From the NCBI RefSeq assembly GCF_004010195.1, contig NC_057728.1:53860535-53924534 (forward strand): 64,000 nucleotides of DNA, in the 5' to 3' direction. The DNA comes from Chiloscyllium plagiosum. Taxonomy: Eukaryota. The translations under genes and the position numbers were made by a program. Under the pieces are notes generated by a model that was not told the origin of the DNA, made no database searches, and was given only the letters and a program-made list of their open reading frames with translations. Of this stretch, positions 1 through 12,905 are shown piece by piece (the stretch's first letter is position 1; each line of letters begins with the position of its first letter).

Positions 1-29
1 GAGATGCTCGAGATGGAGGAAAACACATC

Positions 30-440
30 AACATCTCTACTTCCTCTGGAAGCTAAGGAAATTTGGCATGTCCACAAGAACTCTTGCCAATTTGTATGGA
101 GGCACCACAGAAAGCACCACATAATGTCTGGATGCATCAAAGCATGGTGTGGCAACTTTTCCCAAGAAACTACAGAGAGTTGTGAACACAACCCAGTCCA
201 TCACGCAAACCAGCCGTCCATCCATTGACTCCATCTGCATTTCCCAGTGTCGCATTACGAATAGATTCAAGAACAGCTTCTTTCGTTATTAGACTTCTGA
301 GTGGACCTCTCAAATTTTAAATTTAATGCTGATGTAGGTCTTTGCACACTTTCTCTGTAACATTGTAATCCTTGCTCTGTTTCATAACCCAATACACTTT
401 GTATGTCATGATCTGCCTGTACTGCACGCAAAACACGTGA
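30..440 (+). mobile_element. Rex1/Babar-like non-LTR retrotransposon, decayed 3' end
   Basis: Frameshifted remnants such as KLRKFGMSTRTLAN, SGCIKAWCGN and KKLQRVVNTTQSITQT..PSIDSI, then a 3' UTR. Similar to 40845-41140 and 57270-57730. Confidence 0.7.
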
Positions 441-1109
441 CCAACAGCACTTCTCCGCACAAGTTCAGCACATTCTAATTTTAACTTGTGCAAAGATTTG
501 CATTGATAAAGTACCTTTTGTGATCTCAGGATGGCCCAAAATGCTTTACTGAGAGTGAACTCGAAATGTAGTAACTGTTATGATCCAATGGTTCTCAAAG
601 TGGTCTATGAGCAATTTTCTGGAGGCCAATGGGATATTTCAAGGTGCAAGCCATCAATGCACGATTGCACAACCGAGGCTGTAGGAGAGAAGAGGTCAAA
701 TCTGTCACTGCCACCACCTGCATGATGTCACACAATCAGAAAAGTCCCTGTGTGATGGCTCAAGTCATCATAAGTGGGAAACTGAATGGTGCAGTTTTAT
801 AAACATATTTATTTTACTGCCAATTTTGTTTAATTAATATGGATACAAGTGTCCCAGAAGAAAACTATTGTGATGACTGTAAAACCATATATTAGAATAT
901 TTTGAACAAATGTGTTCTTTTGTAGTATTAATGTTTATCACATGAAAAGGTCTGCAGTTTTGTTTCTGGGGCTTGTATTAATAATTTGCTTATGATATTT
1001 AATTTACAAAATGCATGGAAATTTAAGATGCATGCATTAATTTTCATGTGTTATTTTGTACTTGCAAGTGGAAGAAGTTGGCCATCATTATTACCGTCTA
1101 AAAATGAGA

Positions 1110-1535
1110 AAATAGGTGCACAATATGCAGGAGAGGTTGAAAGAGCAGTTAACAAAGCACACAGTATTCTAAACCTTATTAGTAGGGACAGAGAGTAAAA
1201 GAACAAGATCATGATGAACTTATATAAAGGAGATTGAGGAGAGATTTGATTAAGGGTTGAATAGAGTTAAATAAGGTAGACACAGAAAAGTTATTCCAAT
1301 TAGCTGATGGCACACAGACTGAAGGGACATCGATTTAAGAATTTTGACAGTAGCCATAGGAGACTTGTGAGGAAGAACTTTCATATACTCCACATGATAA
1401 TGACTTGATGGAATTGAAGAAAATCAAAGTCGTCAAAAGGAGGTGCATGTGAGAGAAGCAAAGAGGGCTTTGGAGATGGAGGGGGTGAATGGGACATATT
1501 GGACTGCTTTAAAGGGAGTTGACAGGAATTCAATG
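1110..1535 (+). mobile_element. Old, highly decayed CR1-like LINE 3' fragment
   Basis: Degenerate match to the C-terminal RT region and 3' UTR of the younger CR1 copies in the window. Confidence 0.45.
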
Positions 1536-1540
1536 GCAAA

Positions 1541-1737
1541 AGTGAGGACTGTAGATGCTGGAGATTAGAGTCGAAGAGTGTGGTGCTGGAAAAGCACAGC
1601 AGGTCAGACAGCATCCAAGGAGCAGGAAAATCAACATTTCGGGCAAAATTTCTGATGAAGGGCCTTTGCCCGAAACTCCAATTTTCCTGCTCATCAGATG
1701 CTACCTGACCTGTTGTGCTTTTCCAGCACTACACTCA
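1541..1737. mobile_element. Penelope-derived fold-back mini-element (family A) with degenerate hammerhead core
   Basis: Inverted arms (gtggtgctggaaaagcacagcaggtcag... / ...ctgacctgttgtgcttttccagcactac). CTGATGAAGGGCCTTTGCCCGAAAC starts at 1652. Confidence 0.75.
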
Positions 1738-4019
1738 GGTATTCAATGGGCCAAGTGTCCTCCTTCAGTCCTGTAATGCCTCATTGGGTGGATTTTCCCA
1801 ACCCTTGGAGGATAAGAGTAATGGGGAGAAACGTGGGAAAATACAGCCAGAATGAAAAAAATCAGATTCTTGACATTGAGAAAAAAAATTCCAATTTTCC
1901 CCTTAAAGTTTCAGCAATGAGATGAGAATCTTGCTGTTAAGTGGTGACTATCTCATCTCTTTACATTTATATCTCATCAACAGCCAAACTGGCATGATAT
2001 GCAGTTGCATATTCTCATCCTCTCCCAGTTCATAAGACAGTGACAGTCCCTGATGTGAAAGTCAGAGAGGTTGACCTGGCAGATATAGTTCACCTCTTGT
2101 TTCTCCCAGGTTTCTATTTCAACATCCCTTCTCCAGCATGTCCTCAAATGTTCTATGGACAACATCCTCCTCTATATTTCATCCAGGGAAGTCAGCACTG
2201 GAAAGCTGCAGTCTCACAACAGCATCAGAGCTGAACCTGATCCAACTCCGAATCTAGTTCAGCCCTTTAGGGTTTCACCTTGGAGCCCTGAGATACCTTT
2301 AACTTGTATGGTCTAGCCAGGTTACTTTGTATATCGGGACGCATAGGCATCTCTTGCATCCAATCAGGATGCATCTTATGGCTTTAACTTAATTTCTTAG
2401 CAATCACTCACTTTGCGCTTACTCGGAGGCTGCCAGTCTCTGTAGATTAAACAACTCTTTAGCCAGAGGCACGGGTTATTAATAGTGGAGAACGAAGTGG
2501 TTGATAGTCATTGAGTGGAGTTGCAGCACCAATAGTGATGTTGCTGGCCCACAGGCTTCTGTGCAGCAACAGGATTGACGAGAGTATGAGCTGGCAGACA
2601 GTAGATAGTGTAAATTACTCTTGCAGTCTGCAGAAGATCATCGACCTTTATCCTGCACTCTGCTGTGAACTTCATCTGAACCAGGGACATCACTGACCCA
2701 GGCAGCTATCTATCTCTGGCTGGATCTATTTGGTGCCTTGACCTCTACTGATGGTAAAGGATAGGCCTCTTCTTGACACCAGGCTAGAGAGCAGAGGGTC
2801 AGCTTCCCTTTCAGAGACATTTGGTTTCCTCAGAAGATAGTGTGTGAGGTAGTTCTTGGCTTTACAGCAGCTGAGGTGATGTATAACTGGGCTTTGAATA
2901 GGGAACCTGTAGCTTGTACGCTGGACAATTCCAGCAGTACGGGGAATTACACCTGTTCTCTCATTTGACCCCACGATTAGGATGCTCAAGTAGCCAGTTG
3001 CATTTTGAATGAGGAGAAGAGTAAAGGATAGCATGAGAAAGGCCATTCTGAGCCATAACAGGACACCTGCTCTGAAGCTCCCTTAGCCTAAAATAGGGAA
3101 ATGATGCTATCTTATATTTAAGTAGTTTTTTTCCAGGTCAGCCTGATCCATCGGACTTTTTTTCTTTCATTTATCTATTAGGTTGTCTTAGCTAGCCTCT
3201 GTTGATGACATTGACACACACTGCACAATGTGTTATTTGGGCACATAGGTCTCAGGTTAATCCCCCAGAATTGAGCTGGAATCTTCAGGAATTGAAGATC
3301 AATCCCTGAGACTGTCGCACTTACAATCCCAGAGAAAAGTCACAGAGACATTTAATAACATATTATTGTTCATTCTTTTGATCATTTTGTGTATTTCAAA
3401 TATAAAAAAATGTCAAATGGGGGTGGGGAAAGGATAGTTTGATTAAAGGTTATCATTGGAGGCTTTCACTCTTTTTGAGGAATCCAAGAGAACTCCTCTA
3501 ATGCAATGACTTATAGACCACCAAGACTTAGGAGTTCAGGTGTGGAATGTAGTCGTATTGTGGGCACATCTGATAGAGAAGAGTCTACTCATGTTCCAAA
3601 CAACCAAACAAGGTGATAGGCTAGCTGGACAACCAATAGAGGGAGAATGGGGGTGGGCAGTAGTTAATCACAGGATGAAAGCTCCAGTCGTATGTCCAAC
3701 CTGAGTTGGGGTCCTTCCTGAGGTTCGTACCATGATTTACCATACCTCACCCACCTTATTCCAGTACCCAACAGAGCAGGCAAGATTGTAATATTCTCTT
3801 CATCTAACTTGGTGACTACAAAAGAAATTCAATAAAATAGGGATTTAACAGAACAAAGCACAGTATACACAAACTGTGACTAATATATTGCCATGGCAAC
3901 AGGTCCGAGGTTGCAGCTTTGAAGCTTTTCCGTGAGTCTGGAAATGTCTTTTGTTCCACGCTCAAAGTAAAAATCTATTTGTGGTGGAGAAAAAAACAGA
4001 GTGGTCTAGGTTTCATTGG

Positions 4020-4580
4020 AGCATGGCATGTCTCATTAGACTGCTAGCCCACTGGAGGACAACTCAAATACTCTGGGAACAGGGGTCCAAATCCTAACAG
4101 AGGAGCTGGTGGAATTTACGTTCAATGAATAAATTAGCAAAAACAAAGCTGGCCTCAATAATAGTGACAATGAGCAATTGTTATAAAAACCCATCTGATT
4201 CAAGTATGTCCTTTCGGGAAATAAATCTGCCATCCTTACCCAATCTGGCCTGCATGTGTCTCTCAGAGAATTGGGCATCATTTGAACTCCTTGCCACAGA
4301 GAGCTGTGGGGGTTGAGTTCTGTGTATATTCAAAGCTGAGATAGATTCTTGATTAGTTGGGGAATCAAGTGTTCTGAGGAAAAGGGAGTATTGGATCATC
4401 TACTAAATGGTAGAGTAGGCTCAAGGGGCTGAATGGCCTACTCCTATTTCTATTTCTAATGGCCTTATGGACTCATAACTCTGAAAAAGCCTCATATGTC
4501 AGTTAGTTCAAGGGCAAGTAGGGACGAGCAACAAATGTTGCCTTTTCCAATCAGGTTCATATCCTATGACAGAATCACTG
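4020..4580 (+). mobile_element. Old SINE-like repeat interrupted by a LINE 3' fragment (about 4270-4460)
   Basis: Shares aaaacccatctg...aatctgcc.tccttacc and caagggcaa.tagg blocks with 32770-33075, 35305-35520 and 63110-63320. Confidence 0.5.
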
Positions 4581-5098
4581 AAAAATTAGACATTTTCCCT
4601 CACTCTTCCATTCTGAGTTAAATTTTGCAATGGATATAATTAAAAATATGACTCCATTACAGAGCCACCATGTTACTGGTGTCAACGGCCCTATTGTCTT
4701 TATCCCCTGACACGGTAAAACTATACCGTCAACCTTATAGTTAGTCCAAAATCTGAACTAAGCGAAATTTCAGATCATTTTTGGAACTTCTTCAGCTCTA
4801 GCTGCTATAAGTTGGGCCATGGAATGAAATGTCCTCCCTTCTAGGGGTTTACAGAACAGCAATGTTTGTGAGTTCATGAGGATTTAAGTGTGACACTATA
4901 ATCTTTCAAAGGTATTGTTTTCACCAACACCTTTGCCCTTACCATTCCTCACCTTTGTGAACAGTCTGCCTCCTTTTGCTTTAAGATTTTGTAATCTCTT
5001 TTAATGTATCTAACAATGTATTGCTATGTTAAAGATGCACCCAGATGTCATGGTCTTGGTGTCGTTGTTACTTACTTTGAATTCAGAATTGAAACAAG

Positions 5099-5220
5099 TG
5101 GGTGGCATGGTAAGTCACTAGTTTACATTGTTGCCAGGGACATGGATTTGATTCCAGCCTTGGGTGACTGTCTGTGTGGAGTTAACATGTTCCCCCTGTT
5201 TCTGTATCAATTTCCTCCAA
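5099..5220 (+). mobile_element. Decayed HE1-like SINE 5' fragment
   Basis: Degenerate match to the head and core of the SINE at 22071. Confidence 0.6.
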
Positions 5221-6498
5221 GTAGGGAAGTGATTGCTGGGTCCCTTGGTGAGATGTTTGTATCATTGATAGTCACAGGTGAGGTGCTGGAAGACTGGAGG
5301 TTGGCTAACGTGGTGCCACTGTTTAAGAAACGTGGTAAGGAAAAGCAAGGGAACTACAGATCGGTGAGCCTGACATCAGTGGTGGACAAGTTGTTAGAGG
5401 GAATCCTAAGGGACAGGATTTACGTGTGTTTGGAAAGGCGTGGACCGATTAGGGATAGTCAGCATGGCTTTGTGCATAGGAAATCATGTCTCAAGAATTT
5501 GGTAGAGTTTTTAGAAAAAGTAACAAAGAGGATTGGTGAGGGCAGAGCGGTGGACATGATCTACATGGACTTCAGTAAGGTGTTCGACAAGATTCCCCAT
5601 GGGAGACTGGTTAGCAAGGTTAGATTTCATGGAATAAAGGGAAAACTAGACTTTTGGATTCAGAACTGGCTCAAAGGTAGAAGACAGAAGATGGTGGTGG
5701 AGGGTTGCTTTTCAGACTGGAGGCCTGTGACTAGTGGAGTGCTACAAGGATCGGTTCTGGGTCCACTACTTTTCATCATTTATATAAACAATTTGGATGT
5801 GAACATAGTAGGTATAGTTAGTAAGTTGGCAGATGACACCAAAATTGGAGGTATAGTGGACAACGAAGAAGGTTACCTCAGATTACCACGAGACCTTGTT
5901 CAGATGGGCCAATGGGCTGAGGAATGGCAGATGGAGTTTAATTCAGATAAATGTGAGGTGCTGCATTTTGGAAAAGCAAATCTTAGCAGGATTTATACAT
6001 GTAATGCTAAGGTCCTAGGGACTGTTGCTGAACAAAGAGACCTTGGAGTGTAGGTTCATAGCTCCTTTAAAGTAGAGTCACAGATAGATAGGATAGTGAA
6101 GAAGGCATTTGGTATGCTTTCCTTTATTGATCATTGCATTGAGTATAGGAGTCGGGTGGTCATGTTGCTGCTGTACAGAATGTTGATTAAGCCACTTTTG
6201 GAATATTGTGTGCAATTCTGATCTCCTTCCTCGTGGAAGGGTGTTGTGAAACTTGAAAGGGTTCAGAAAAGATTTACAAGGATGTTGCCTGAGATGGAAG
6301 ATTTGAGCTATGGGGAGATGAGGGGTGATGTTATCTAATTATAAAATCATGAGGGTCATGGATAGGGTAAATAGAAAAAAGTCTTTTCCCTGGGGTGCGG
6401 GAGTCCAGAACTAGCGGGCATAGGTTTAGTGTGAGAGGGGAAAGATATAAAAGAGACCTAAGGGGCAACTTTTTCACGCAGAAGGTGGTACGTATATG
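5221..6498 (+). mobile_element. CR1-clade (HER1-like) LINE, 5'-truncated, RT domain, runs into the gap
   Basis: EDWRLANVVPLFKK, NYRSVSLTS, YMDFSKVFD, GVLQGSVLGPLLF, ADDTK and WQMEFN..KC RT motifs, with stops downstream of 6050. Confidence 0.93.
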
Positions 6499-7331
6499 NN
6501 NNNNNNNNNNNNNNNNNNNNNNNNNNNNNNNNNNNNNNNNNNNNNNNNNNNNNNNNNNNNNNNNNNNNNNNNNNNNNNNNNNNNNNNNNNNNNNNNNNNN
6601 NNNNNNNNNNNNNNNNNNNNNNNNNNNNNNNNNNNNNNNNNNNNNNNNNNNNNNNNNNNNNNNNNNNNNNNNNNNNNNNNNNNNNNNNNNNNNNNNNNNN
6701 NNNNNNNNNNNNNNNNNNNNNNNNNNNNNNNNNNNNNNNNNNNNNNNNNNNNNNNNNNNNNNNNNNNNNNNNNNNNNNNNNNNNNNNNNNNNNNNNNNNN
6801 NNNNNNNNNNNNNNNNNNNNNNNNNNNNNNNNNNNNNNNNNNNNNNNNNNNNNNNNNNNNNNNNNNNNNNNNNNNNNNNNNNNNNNNNNNNNNNNNNNNN
6901 NNNNNNNNNNNNNNNNNNNNNNNNNNNNNNNNNNNNNNNNNNNNNNNNNNNNNNNNNNNNNNNNNNNNNNNNNNNNNNNNNNNNNNNNNNNNNNNNNNNN
7001 NNNNNNNNNNNNNNNNNNNNNNNNNNNNNNNNNNNNNNNNNNNNNNNNNNNNNNNNNNNNNNNNNNNNNNNNNNNNNNNNNNNNNNNNNNNNNNNNNNNN
7101 NNNNNNNNNNNNNNNNNNNNNNNNNNNNNNNNNNNNNNNNNNNNNNNNNNNNNNNNNNNNNNNNNNNNNNNNNNNNNNNNNNNNNNNNNNNNNNNNNNNN
7201 NNNNNNNNNNNNNNNNNNNNNNNNNNNNNNNNNNNNNNNNNNNNNNNNNNNNNNNNNNNNNNNNNNNNNNNNNNNNNNNNNNNNNNNNNNNNNNNNNNNN
7301 NNNNNNNNNNNNNNNNNNNNNNNNNNNNNNN
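6499..7331. other. Assembly gap (N run)
   Basis: Run of N. Confidence 1.
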
Positions 7332-7540
7332 TCCCCAACCCACCCTCCTATACGAATGTATAAACATATATAGAGAAGTATAAAATTTTTTAAAAACCTA
7401 AACTAGCTATTTAACTAACTAAATAAATACCTAACAACAAACAAATAAATAGTAATAACTCAGCCCAGCCAAACAAAACACTCATACATTCACAGTTCCT
7501 CCTCCCTGGATATTGGACTCATGAAACACAATCGTTGCGG

Positions 7541-10306
7541 CTATATAAAAGCCCTTGTTAGTGTGGCAGATAAATCTGTGTCCAGGTATTTCAAAAAGGG
7601 TTGCCATGTCTTTTAAAAATTCTCAGTTTTGTGGTGTATACCATATTTGTGAGAAAATCCAGGGGAATATGCTCCTTAACAATATTACCTTCCCTCTGCT
7701 GAATTGCCCTCCATGCTTTAACAGTATTGATGACTATTGGGTTATGGCAATATTCCTTAACTGTCCTCACCTTGTCCAAAAACAGCAAACTGGTAAGGGG
7801 GCACCTTGCGTGGAGACTTCGATATCTAGCCATATTGAAAGAGGGTCCCCATAAACCCAATCACTTACGTAGGGCAAAAGTGAGCTTAATTGGTAATTTT
7901 TAATGTCCGGAAGGTCTACTCCCACCAATCTGTGAGGCAACTGCAGTTTGGCTAATTTAATGAGGGGCCGTTTACGGTGCCAGATAAAGGAGCTGAACCA
8001 ACCGTTCAGTCTCCTGAGTGTTTGTTTGTTTATTGAAAATCAGGGGGCGCATCCGTATAGGATGTAGCAAACGAGGGTGAATATTCATCTTAAGCACTAT
8101 CCGACCTAACCATGAGACTGGAAGTGCCTCCCATCTTTGGAGATCTTGTTTAATTTTTTCAAATAATTGAGTAAAATTGGCTTTGAACAGCCAATCCAGA
8201 ACTGGAGTAATGAATATGCCCAAATACACAAAACCCCCCTGTGACCGCCTAAATGGGAATCTATAGTCACTCTCAAGAGCCAGTTCTTTCGTAAGACCAC
8301 CCATAGCCATAGCCTCTGATTTAGCAAAATTAATCTTATACCCTGAAAAAGCGCCAAACGCGTGAATACATTGCATCAGGCAAGGCACTGAGACTGCTGG
8401 ACCTGTCAAGAAAATTAGAACATCATCTGCATACAGTGAGATCTTATGTAATTTTGACCCCACTTCTGGAGCTGATATATTGAGATCCCCACGAATGGCC
8501 TCTGCCAACGGTTCAATCACCAACGTAAAAAGTAATGGTGAAAAGGGATAGCCCTACCGGCTGCCCCTAGAAATATTAAAATTGCTTGATCGAACCCCGT
8601 TGGTAATGACCGCAGCGAGAGGTACACTGTCAAGAACCTTTACCCATCTTATGAAAACTTCGCCCAGACCAAACCGGTCTAGAGTATAGAAAAGGTACAG
8701 CCACTCAACTCAGTCAAATGCCTTCTCTGCATCTAAAGAAATCACCAATCCCTGTATTGACTGCTGTTGGCATGTTTGAATTACGTCAAGCAGCCTCCTA
8801 ACGTTATTGGAGGATCTGCGACCTTTTATGAAGCCCGTCTGATCCTCTTTAATAATAGAGGGTAACACAATCTCCAGCCTTAACGCAAGAGCCTTAGAAA
8901 GGATCCTAAAGTCCACATTTAACAGCGAGATGGGCCTGTATAAAGCACAGTCTTCCGGATCTTTCCCTTTTTTAAAGTTAAGTGAAATATTGGCCTCTCT
9001 CAGAGATGGTGGGAGACAAACATGACTGTATGAATCATTAAACATATTCAGCATTGGGCCTGACAGTATACTTATAAATTCCTTATAGAATTCACTGGGA
9101 AGTCCATCAGGACCGGGCGCCTTTCCACTCTGAAGCTGCCTCACAGCTTCTTGCACTTCTTGCTCTGATAATGGGGCGTTGAGAAAGGACTATTGTTCGG
9201 GAGTCACACCTGGGAGCTTCAGATCTCTAAAAAAGGATTCCATTTTGGCCTTCCCCTCTTCACAATTCTCAGACTGATATAACTTAGAGTAGAATCTCTG
9301 GAACGCCACATTAATCTTTTTAGAATCACATGTTAGGTTCCTAGACCCTTCCCTAATTGCTGTAATGGTTTTGTGGGGCACTTCTCTTTCTTGCAAGATA
9401 TGCTAAGTATTTGCCTGGTTTGTCACCATGCTCGTATAACGTTTGCTTTGCAAAAGCCAGCTCCTTCTTTGCCATCTGCGTGAGCACGGAATTTAGTGCA
9501 GACCGCAGTGCCGTAATCCTCTGTAGTTTGACCAACGAGGGTCTGTCAAAATAGGCCTTCTCGGCTGCCTTCAACCGTGCTTCAAGGAGACATTGCTGCT
9601 CACCCTTCTGCTGCTGCCTACTGGTGGAATATGAAATAACTAACCCTCTGGCATAAGCTTTGGCAGTTTCCCAGAGAACAGATGAACTAACAACCGAGCC
9701 TATATTGATGTCTAGGAATGCCCGAAATTCCCTAGAGAAATACTCCACAAACCTGCTGTCCATGAGAATAAAGAGGTCCATTTGCCAGTACCTTGAATCC
9801 ACTGTAACATCCTTAATTTTAACCATGAGGTACACTGGAGCATGATCAGAGATGACAATATTACCAATCGTACAGGATGCCACCAGANNNNNNNNNNNNN
9901 NNNNNNNNNNNNNNNNNNNNNNNNNNNNNNNNNNNNNNNNNNNNNNNNNNNNNNNNNNNNNNNNNNNNNNNNNNNNNNNNNNNNNNNNNNNNNNNNNNNN
10001 NNNNNNNNNNNNNNNNNNNNNNNNNNNNNNNNNNNNNNNNNNNNNNNNNNNNNNNNNNNNNNNNNNNNNNNNNNNNNNNNNNNNNNNNNNNNNNNNNNNN
10101 NNNNNNNNNNNNNNNNNNNNNNNNNNNNNNNNNNNNNNNCATTCTGCTGTAATTTCAGATGCTCCTTGTCATCCAAATGTGTCTCCTGTAGCAAAGCAAT
10201 ATCCACCTTCTCCTTTCTAAGACTCAAGAGTACCTTCTTCCTCTTAAATTGGTGGGTGACTTCCCTTGATATTCCAGGTACACCATTTAATCAAATCATT
10301 AGCCAT
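7541..10306 (-). pseudogene. L1 ORF2 (APE endonuclease + reverse transcriptase), frameshifted and internally deleted
   Basis: WNIKG, DIALLQETHL and ISDHAPV (EN); GKAPGPDG, YRPISLLNVD, DQTGFIKGR, SLDAEKAFD, LYADD, SGYKINFAKS and YLGI (RT); C-terminal WQPF..RAFI* ending at 7541. Multiple frameshifts and stops. Confidence 0.93.
9888..10139. other. Assembly gap inside L1 ORF2 endonuclease
   Basis: Run of N. Confidence 1.
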
Positions 10307-10910
10307 AATCTTCTGCAATTACATTTAAATTCCAGAGAGGAGGAACCCGAACCACAAATTGCTGAGCCTTAGTGTTGCATGATCCACCAAATATAAAAAC
10401 TACATAAACTAAAACCACTACATTTAACACACATACAAAATTATTAAAAATAAAAGACAACAAAAACCAAAAAACAAACCATCATATAAAGCGGCAATAG
10501 TGCTGAGATGGGGAACTCACCCCCTGCCCAGAGGGGGCAACTACCCATCCCGAACTGCCCATAAATAGGCATTTAACCATCTCAACCGCCTTCACTTCTC
10601 CCAGCCAGAGCCGCATCGCAAGCACAAGCTAAAAAGAATAAACACCCCATAGAATATCAATATGAATAAAAAAACATTCTTTTATAAAAAAATAGGGTAA
10701 TAAATATCCCATCCATCCTTTGTTATGTCCTAACTTAGAAATTTAAAATTTACATCTTAACGTCGCCAGACATAGATTGAACCAAATTATTATCAATAGA
10801 GGAAAAAAACGGGTACAAACAAAGATCCAACCGGATTTCCTCCATTTCTTTTGCAGAATGATAAACGCATACCCAAGCAACAATATTTATACATACTACA
10901 ATTGTTTAAA

Positions 10911-11725
10911 TTAGGTTAGTTTGTCCACAAAGTCTCTTGCCTTCTACTATGTGTCAAAGAGATGCATGGATCCATCTAAGGTGATCCGAAGCACTGCCGG
11001 ATATCTCAGGGAGTACTGAATCCCAAGCTCCCTCAATCTTCTCTGGACATCATCATATGATTTTCGTTTCTGGATCACCGCCGCTGAAAAGTCCTGAAAA
11101 ACATGATCTTAGACCCCTCGTAAATTAGGGCCTTTGGATCCTTCCCCTGGAGTCTGGAAGCCTCCATGACTCTCTCCTTATCCCGGTAATGATGGAACCA
11201 TACCAGGAAAGGACGAGGGCATTGACCCAGACCCGACCTCCGTGCTGCAACCCGATGAGCCCTCTCTATTTTCAATCCTCTCATGCCAGTCTCCAAGTCA
11301 AGGAATTTCGGAAACCAATCTTCAACAAATTCCGCAGGCCGCTCACCTTCCTTACCCTCAGGCAGACCGATGATCCGAATGTTTTTTCTCCTGCCCCTGT
11401 TTTCAAGATCATCCACTTGGTCACGCAAATTACGAACCTGCGTCTTCAGGGCTTGGATTTCTTCCTTGAATGAACTGGCATCAGCTTCCACCATTGTGAC
11501 CCTGTGCTCCACCTCATCCGTCCTCTTCTCCAGGTCTCCCAGTTGCTGCTCATGCTTCTGCAGCATGAGAGAGACAGGAGCCAGCTTCTCTTCAATCTGT
11601 TTCCCCAACATCTCTCGAGATTTCGAGAGCTGGTTCACCAGAGCCTGGAGAGTAATCGGCTCTGAGGCTGCTGTAGGCTGAGCTGCAGGCCCGGCCTCAG
11701 ATGCTCGTCCTCCCTTTTTAGGCAT
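10911..11725 (-). pseudogene. L1 ORF1 (coiled coil + RRM + CTD; Transposase_22-like), frameshift near 11090
   Basis: Heptad coiled coil, then DLENRGRRKNIRIIGLPEG, IERAHR and PRPF. After the shift it continues QDFSAAV..LRYPAVLRI. Confidence 0.9.
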
Positions 11726-11888
11726 TTATGGACAGCTGAAAGTACAGGTAAGTCAATTTTTAAATGTTTCTTGGGGCTCCACAATCTTTCCAACGCCCCA
11801 AGAAATCCTGATGACCTGGGTTGGGTGGGTTAAAGGACCGTCCTGCTCCTGCTGCGATGCGAAGCTCTGCAGTGTGATCTTCTCAGAT

Positions 11889-11901
11889 CGCCGCCATCTT
11901 A
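11889..11901 (-). promoter_or_regulatory. YY1-type motif at the L1 5' terminus
   Basis: The minus strand reads GAGGGGATATAAGATGGCGGCG at the element start; AAGATGGC is the YY1 consensus. Confidence 0.55.
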
Positions 11902-12571
11902 TATCCCCTCACCAGTCATTTTGCAATTTTTTGAGTCAGACATTGTCACACAGTTCCATGAAATAGAGAGAACGAATTTTCAGATTAATTCATTGCAGAT
12001 CCAAATCTTAAAAACAGCTTGAAATTACTGGGAAGTGTTGAGCTTAAAACCTGTGAACATTAATTACAAAGGCACAAACAGAACAGTATTGCAGTTAAAT
12101 GAATCTTTACAAGCCACAGAGATATGAGGAAGTATTGAACTACGCCCCCATTATCTTCTTGACACTTAACTCCATGGGTTTTAATCTTCCCAACAAGTTT
12201 TCTATCTGGTAGTTTATTTAAAGGTCAAATATTACTAAATTTGTCCATCTGTTTCTGCTTAATAATTTACTTGAAGACTTAAGTTTAACTAAGCCTTCAT
12301 GGTTTGACCCTTACAAATTGTCTGCATCTAATTAACTCAAGGATTTCCAAGGGCTTGTTAATATTATTCCTCGTTAGTAACAGTGGCAGAGCTGAGTGAG
12401 GTGGGGAAGAGACAAAGCTGTGTTTGCATGGTCATGACAACTCACATGGATCACTAATCTCCTTTAAAGGAAGGAAACCTGCTGACCTGTTCTAGCCTCG
12501 ATCCATCTACTTCTCTTTCTGTGCACGGTCACTCTCAACATTGTCAATCCAGTACTTACATGTTGTTGATC

Positions 12572-12905
12572 CATAGAGATGTACAGCACATAAACAAACC
12601 CTTCAGTCTGACACGTCCATGCCAACCAGATATCCTAAGTTAATCTAGTCCCATTTGCCAGCATTTGGCCCATATCCCTCCAAACTCTTCCTATTCATGT
12701 ACCCATCCTTTTAAATGTTGTGATTGTACCAGCCTCCACCACTTCCTCTGGCAGCTCATTCCATACACGCACCACCCTCTGTGTGAAAAAGTTGCCCCTT
12801 AGGTCTCTTTTATATCTTTCCCCTCTCACCCTAAACCTATGCCCTCTAGGTTTGGACACTGCTACGCTAGGAAAAGTCTTTGACTATTCACCCTATCCAT
12901 GCCCA
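12572..12905 (-). mobile_element. CR1/HER1-like LINE 3' fragment
   Basis: Reverse complement of the RGNFFTQRVV..WNELP region and 3' tail. Confidence 0.9.

Larger units (their letters stand above)
7332..11909 (-). mobile_element. Near-full-length L1-clade LINE (5' UTR, ORF1, inter-ORF spacer, ORF2, 3' UTR), inactivated
   Basis: ORF1 and ORF2 remnants are collinear on the minus strand. The 5' end has the AAGATGGCGG motif, and the 3' end is lost in the gap. Confidence 0.92.

Noticed and set aside
5004..6053. 349-aa ORF as a real gene or novel RT fusion
   Set aside because: Chance read-through from unique DNA and a decayed SINE into a 5'-truncated CR1 RT that then hits a stop.
6331..7383. Long ORFs of about 300 aa
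   Set aside because: Artefacts of translating through the N gap; the same applies to ORFs over 9888-10139.
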